The notes under the pieces were generated by a model that was not told where the DNA came from, searched no databases, and was given only the letters and a program-made list of their open reading frames with translations. Of a stretch of DNA of 64,000 nt, positions 61,391 through 64,000 are shown piece after piece (the first letter of the stretch is position 1; each line of letters opens with the position of its first letter). A program made the position numbers and the translations under genes. Source of the DNA: Spirochaetia bacterium (lineage in GTDB: Bacteria; Spirochaetota; Spirochaetia; CADAEX01); assembly GCA_963662795.1 (NCBI GenBank), contig OY759746.1, forward strand, positions 576,001-640,000, written 5' to 3'.

Positions 61391-61421
61391 TATTAGTAGC
61401 TCCTCTTATAGTCTATCTTGT

Positions 61422-61448
61422 ATATCGGGAAAAAAAATAAATATTAAA
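61422..61448 (-). promoter_or_regulatory. Possible sigma28 (FliA)-type promoter for the small ORF
   Basis: TTTA-N15-CCCGATAT versus the consensus TAAA-N15-GCCGATA(A/T). Confidence 0.35.
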
Positions 61449-61520
61449 GGTTTTTAGCAGTTTTTTTATAATATATTTCATAATTTCAAATGCTGTTCAT
61501 TGCTGGGATGTAAAAAAATA

Positions 61521-63998
61521 CTATTCGAATTCAAAAGCAGGACTCAGTATTTCATTAATTTTATAAGATAATTTTTCAATAGTAAAAGGCTTCTGTATGA
61601 AGATATTTGTTGAATAAATATTCTGTCCACTAATACTAAAATCATTGGAATAACCGGATATTAAAAGGAACTTGATATTTTTATATCTCGCCGACACAAT
61701 TTCATAAAGACCAATACCATTCAGTTCCGGCATTATTACATCAGAAATTATTAAATCAAAGTTTGAATCTTTATCAAGGAGCTCCAATGCCTTTTTCCCG
61801 TTTGAAACTTTTTCAATTCTAAATCCTTTTTCAGTCAGTATTTCTCCCAGCATTTCGAGTATTTCTTCATCATCTTCAACAATCAGAATCCTTTTTGAAT
61901 CGGAATTGTCTTGTACTCTATTATTAATCTGGACATCTTTCATCCTTTCCTGAAATTCCGGAAAAGCTATTATAAACTCCGTTCCATTTCCGGAAGATGA
62001 TTTAACATCAATCTCCCCGTTATGCTGCTGTACAATACCATAAACAATGGATAAACCAAGTCCTGTCCCATTGACACCTTTTGTGGTAACAAATGGCTCG
62101 AAAATATTGGAAAAAACTGATTCGGGGATTCCCGTACCGGAATCCTTTACAGACAAAATAATTTTGCTGTTCCTGGAATAAGTTGCAATTATGATTTCAC
62201 CGCCGTCAGACATTGAATCCTGGGCATTTACACATAAATTCATAATGATTTGTTCAATCTCTCCCTGATCGCCGTTTATATAACCGATACTGTTATCAAG
62301 GTTTAATTTTATCGTAATATTTTCATATATTGTTTTTCCAAGTATTTTAATGAAATCCTCGATAATTTGATTCAGGTTTAATGATACATATCTTAAAGGC
62401 TGCTTTCTGCTGAATGCAAGAAGCTTGGTTACAAGTGAAGAGGCTCTTATTCCAGCTCCATATATTTTTTCAACATGAAGTATTTCTTTTTCATTCATAT
62501 TTTCACTGTATTTCAGAAGTTCACTATATCCGAGAATAGGGGTCAGTAAATTATTCAAATCATGTGCAATACCTCCGGCAAGTTTGCCGATTGATTCCAT
62601 CTTTCTGGCCTGCAGTATTTCTTCTTCCAGGTTTCTCTGATTAGAATAATCAGCAAATAAAACAATCATTTTACCATCAGGCAATTTTGAAACACGAATT
62701 TCCAAATACAAGGTAATTCTATGGTTTTGATAATCAGTTCTAGGGATAAAATTTGGTTTTCCGGTCTTGTAAACACTTTGAATTACTTTCAGAATTCCAT
62801 AATCTTCCACACCAAAAAACACTTCAGTAATTATTTTCCCTCTTATATTTTCTATATCACAATCAATAATTTTCTGCCCGGCAGGATTCATATCAAAAAT
62901 AATAAAATTTTCTCCACCATTTACAGCTTCACATAATGCAACGCCTGTGGAAATATTCTCAAACATATTTCTAAAATACGATTCCCTCTCTTTTAAAATA
63001 TTTTCCGCTTTTTTTTTCTCAGTAATATCATTAAGAATACAATGGGTTTGTTTAAATGAACCATCAGGATTATGAGCAATCCGGCCTTCAAAAGCAATAT
63101 AACAATCTTCTCCGCTTTTTTTCCGCATATAAAATTCGCTGTGGATTTTACCTTTTCTTATAAAAAGAGGAAATCTTTCTTTAAAGGCACTAACAAAATC
63201 AGGATGTAAAAAATCGCCAAACCATTTGCCAAGCACTTCTTCCTTTTGATAACCAAGAGTATCAAGCCAGGCCTGATTAACTTCTATAAAACAGCCATTT
63301 TCATCCAAAGACTGATATCCCAAGGGGGCTTTATCAAAAAACATTTGAAAACGTTCTTCGCTCTCTCTCAATGATTTGATTGCTTTATTCCTGTCTGTCA
63401 AATCATGTATTAAACATATTATACTGTTTTCAGGAGATGTGATATTTTTACTTACAGATATTTCAACATCAATTTCTTTGTCATACCTGTTTTTTATTAC
63501 TGACAAAAAAGACAGGAAACCAGTAGAAATTACTTTTTCAATATTATTTTTTATATGATTTATTAAGTTTTCAGAAAATATCTGAAATATTTTATAATTG
63601 TTTTCTGATAGATCAAAATTAAAACATTCATCAGCCGCATGATTCATAAAAAGGATATCACCTGTTTTGCTAATAACAAATATTGAATCCCTTGTATTAT
63701 TAATAATAGTTTCATAATTATATACAAGACTGATATTCTGATCCCTGTTTTTCAAGTTAAAAAGAGCATAACTTAAATCATCCACCATCTCTGTAAACAG
63801 AGCCTGCTCTTCACTATCTTCTGCATACTTTTTCGGAACAGAAACAGTAATCCATCCCAATAATTTATTTTTCCAGATTAACGGACAAGAGAAACCCGCA
63901 CATTCATTATGATTATTAAAAAAGGGGCAATATTTACATTTTCTGACCGGATCTTTTATTACAGATAATGAATGTGTATTTAATGCCTGCTCAGCGCA
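61521..63998 (-). CDS. GAF/multi-PAS hybrid histidine kinase, 5'-truncated by the window edge
   Basis: Frame is open to the window end (CAEQALN...CKYCPF...CPLIWKNKLLGW, GAF-like); three PAS domains, GGIAHDLNN, GTGLGL, receiver. Confidence 0.9.
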   Translation of the reverse strand, partial: CAEQALNTHSLSVIKDPVRKCKYCPFFNNHNECAGFSCPLIWKNKLLGWITVSVPKKYAEDSEEQALFTEMVDDLSYALFNLKNRDQNISLVYNYETIINNTRDSIFVISKTGDILFMNHAADECFNFDLSENNYKIFQIFSENLINHIKNNIEKVISTGFLSFLSVIKNRYDKEIDVEISVSKNITSPENSIICLIHDLTDRNKAIKSLRESEERFQMFFDKAPLGYQSLDENGCFIEVNQAWLDTLGYQKEEVLGKWFGDFLHPDFVSAFKERFPLFIRKGKIHSEFYMRKKSGEDCYIAFEGRIAHNPDGSFKQTHCILNDITEKKKAENILKERESYFRNMFENISTGVALCEAVNGGENFIIFDMNPAGQKIIDCDIENIRGKIITEVFFGVEDYGILKVIQSVYKTGKPNFIPRTDYQNHRITLYLEIRVSKLPDGKMIVLFADYSNQRNLEEEILQARKMESIGKLAGGIAHDLNNLLTPILGYSELLKYSENMNEKEILHVEKIYGAGIRASSLVTKLLAFSRKQPLRYVSLNLNQIIEDFIKILGKTIYENITIKLNLDNSIGYINGDQGEIEQIIMNLCVNAQDSMSDGGEIIIATYSRNSKIILSVKDSGTGIPESVFSNIFEPFVTTKGVNGTGLGLSIVYGIVQQHNGEIDVKSSSGNGTEFIIAFPEFQERMKDVQINNRVQDNSDSKRILIVEDDEEILEMLGEILTEKGFRIEKVSNGKKALELLDKDSNFDLIISDVIMPELNGIGLYEIVSARYKNIKFLLISGYSNDFSISGQNIYSTNIFIQKPFTIEKLSYKINEILSPAFEFE

Positions 63999-64000
63999 TA

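Noticed and set aside
1-64000. CRISPR arrays, tRNA/rRNA genes, IS elements, prophage or defence genes
   Set aside because: No spaced repeats, cloverleaf or rRNA-like sequence, transposase, integrase or phage motifs were recognised by eye. A covariance-model scan would be needed to exclude small RNAs.

Overview
Gene-dense bacterial chromosomal window, most likely from a free-living spirochaete. This is inferred from the 'A-G-G'-type export signals, the cytidylyltransferase-PEP mutase fusion and the giant spirochaete-style secreted protein; it is not proven. Left to right: a 5'-truncated GT-A-like hypothetical, RNase II, a class II photolyase, and an RsgA paralogue behind a short leader ORF with alternative pairings. 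Next come a FecR-domain protein, a DAK2-DegV fatty acid kinase fusion divergent from DUF1295-plsY, and the phosphonate genes aepY-aepX beside pstSCAB-phoU. Then two cupins, SOD, and a ~2700-aa secreted coiled-coil protein with a papain/C39-like C-terminal domain, translationally coupled to a small exported protein (candidate toxin/immunity pair). After that: GNAT, SurE, a U32/RlhA-like protein, a hybrid kinase, metal transport genes (DUF1007 + NiCoT/RcnA-like, feoA-feoA-feoB with a DtxR-type palindrome), and a Crp/Fnr regulator with its likely box ahead of a flavin disulfide oxidoreductase. The right end is a visibly AT-richer signalling block: REC-HD-GYP, a decayed diguanylate cyclase, a complete che cluster whose CheA carries tandem MshEN-like motifs, an MCP, response regulators, hybrid kinases and a 42-aa TPR-like ORF. 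No rRNA, tRNA, CRISPR array, transposase or integrase was recognised. All calls come from motif recognition by eye, without database searches.
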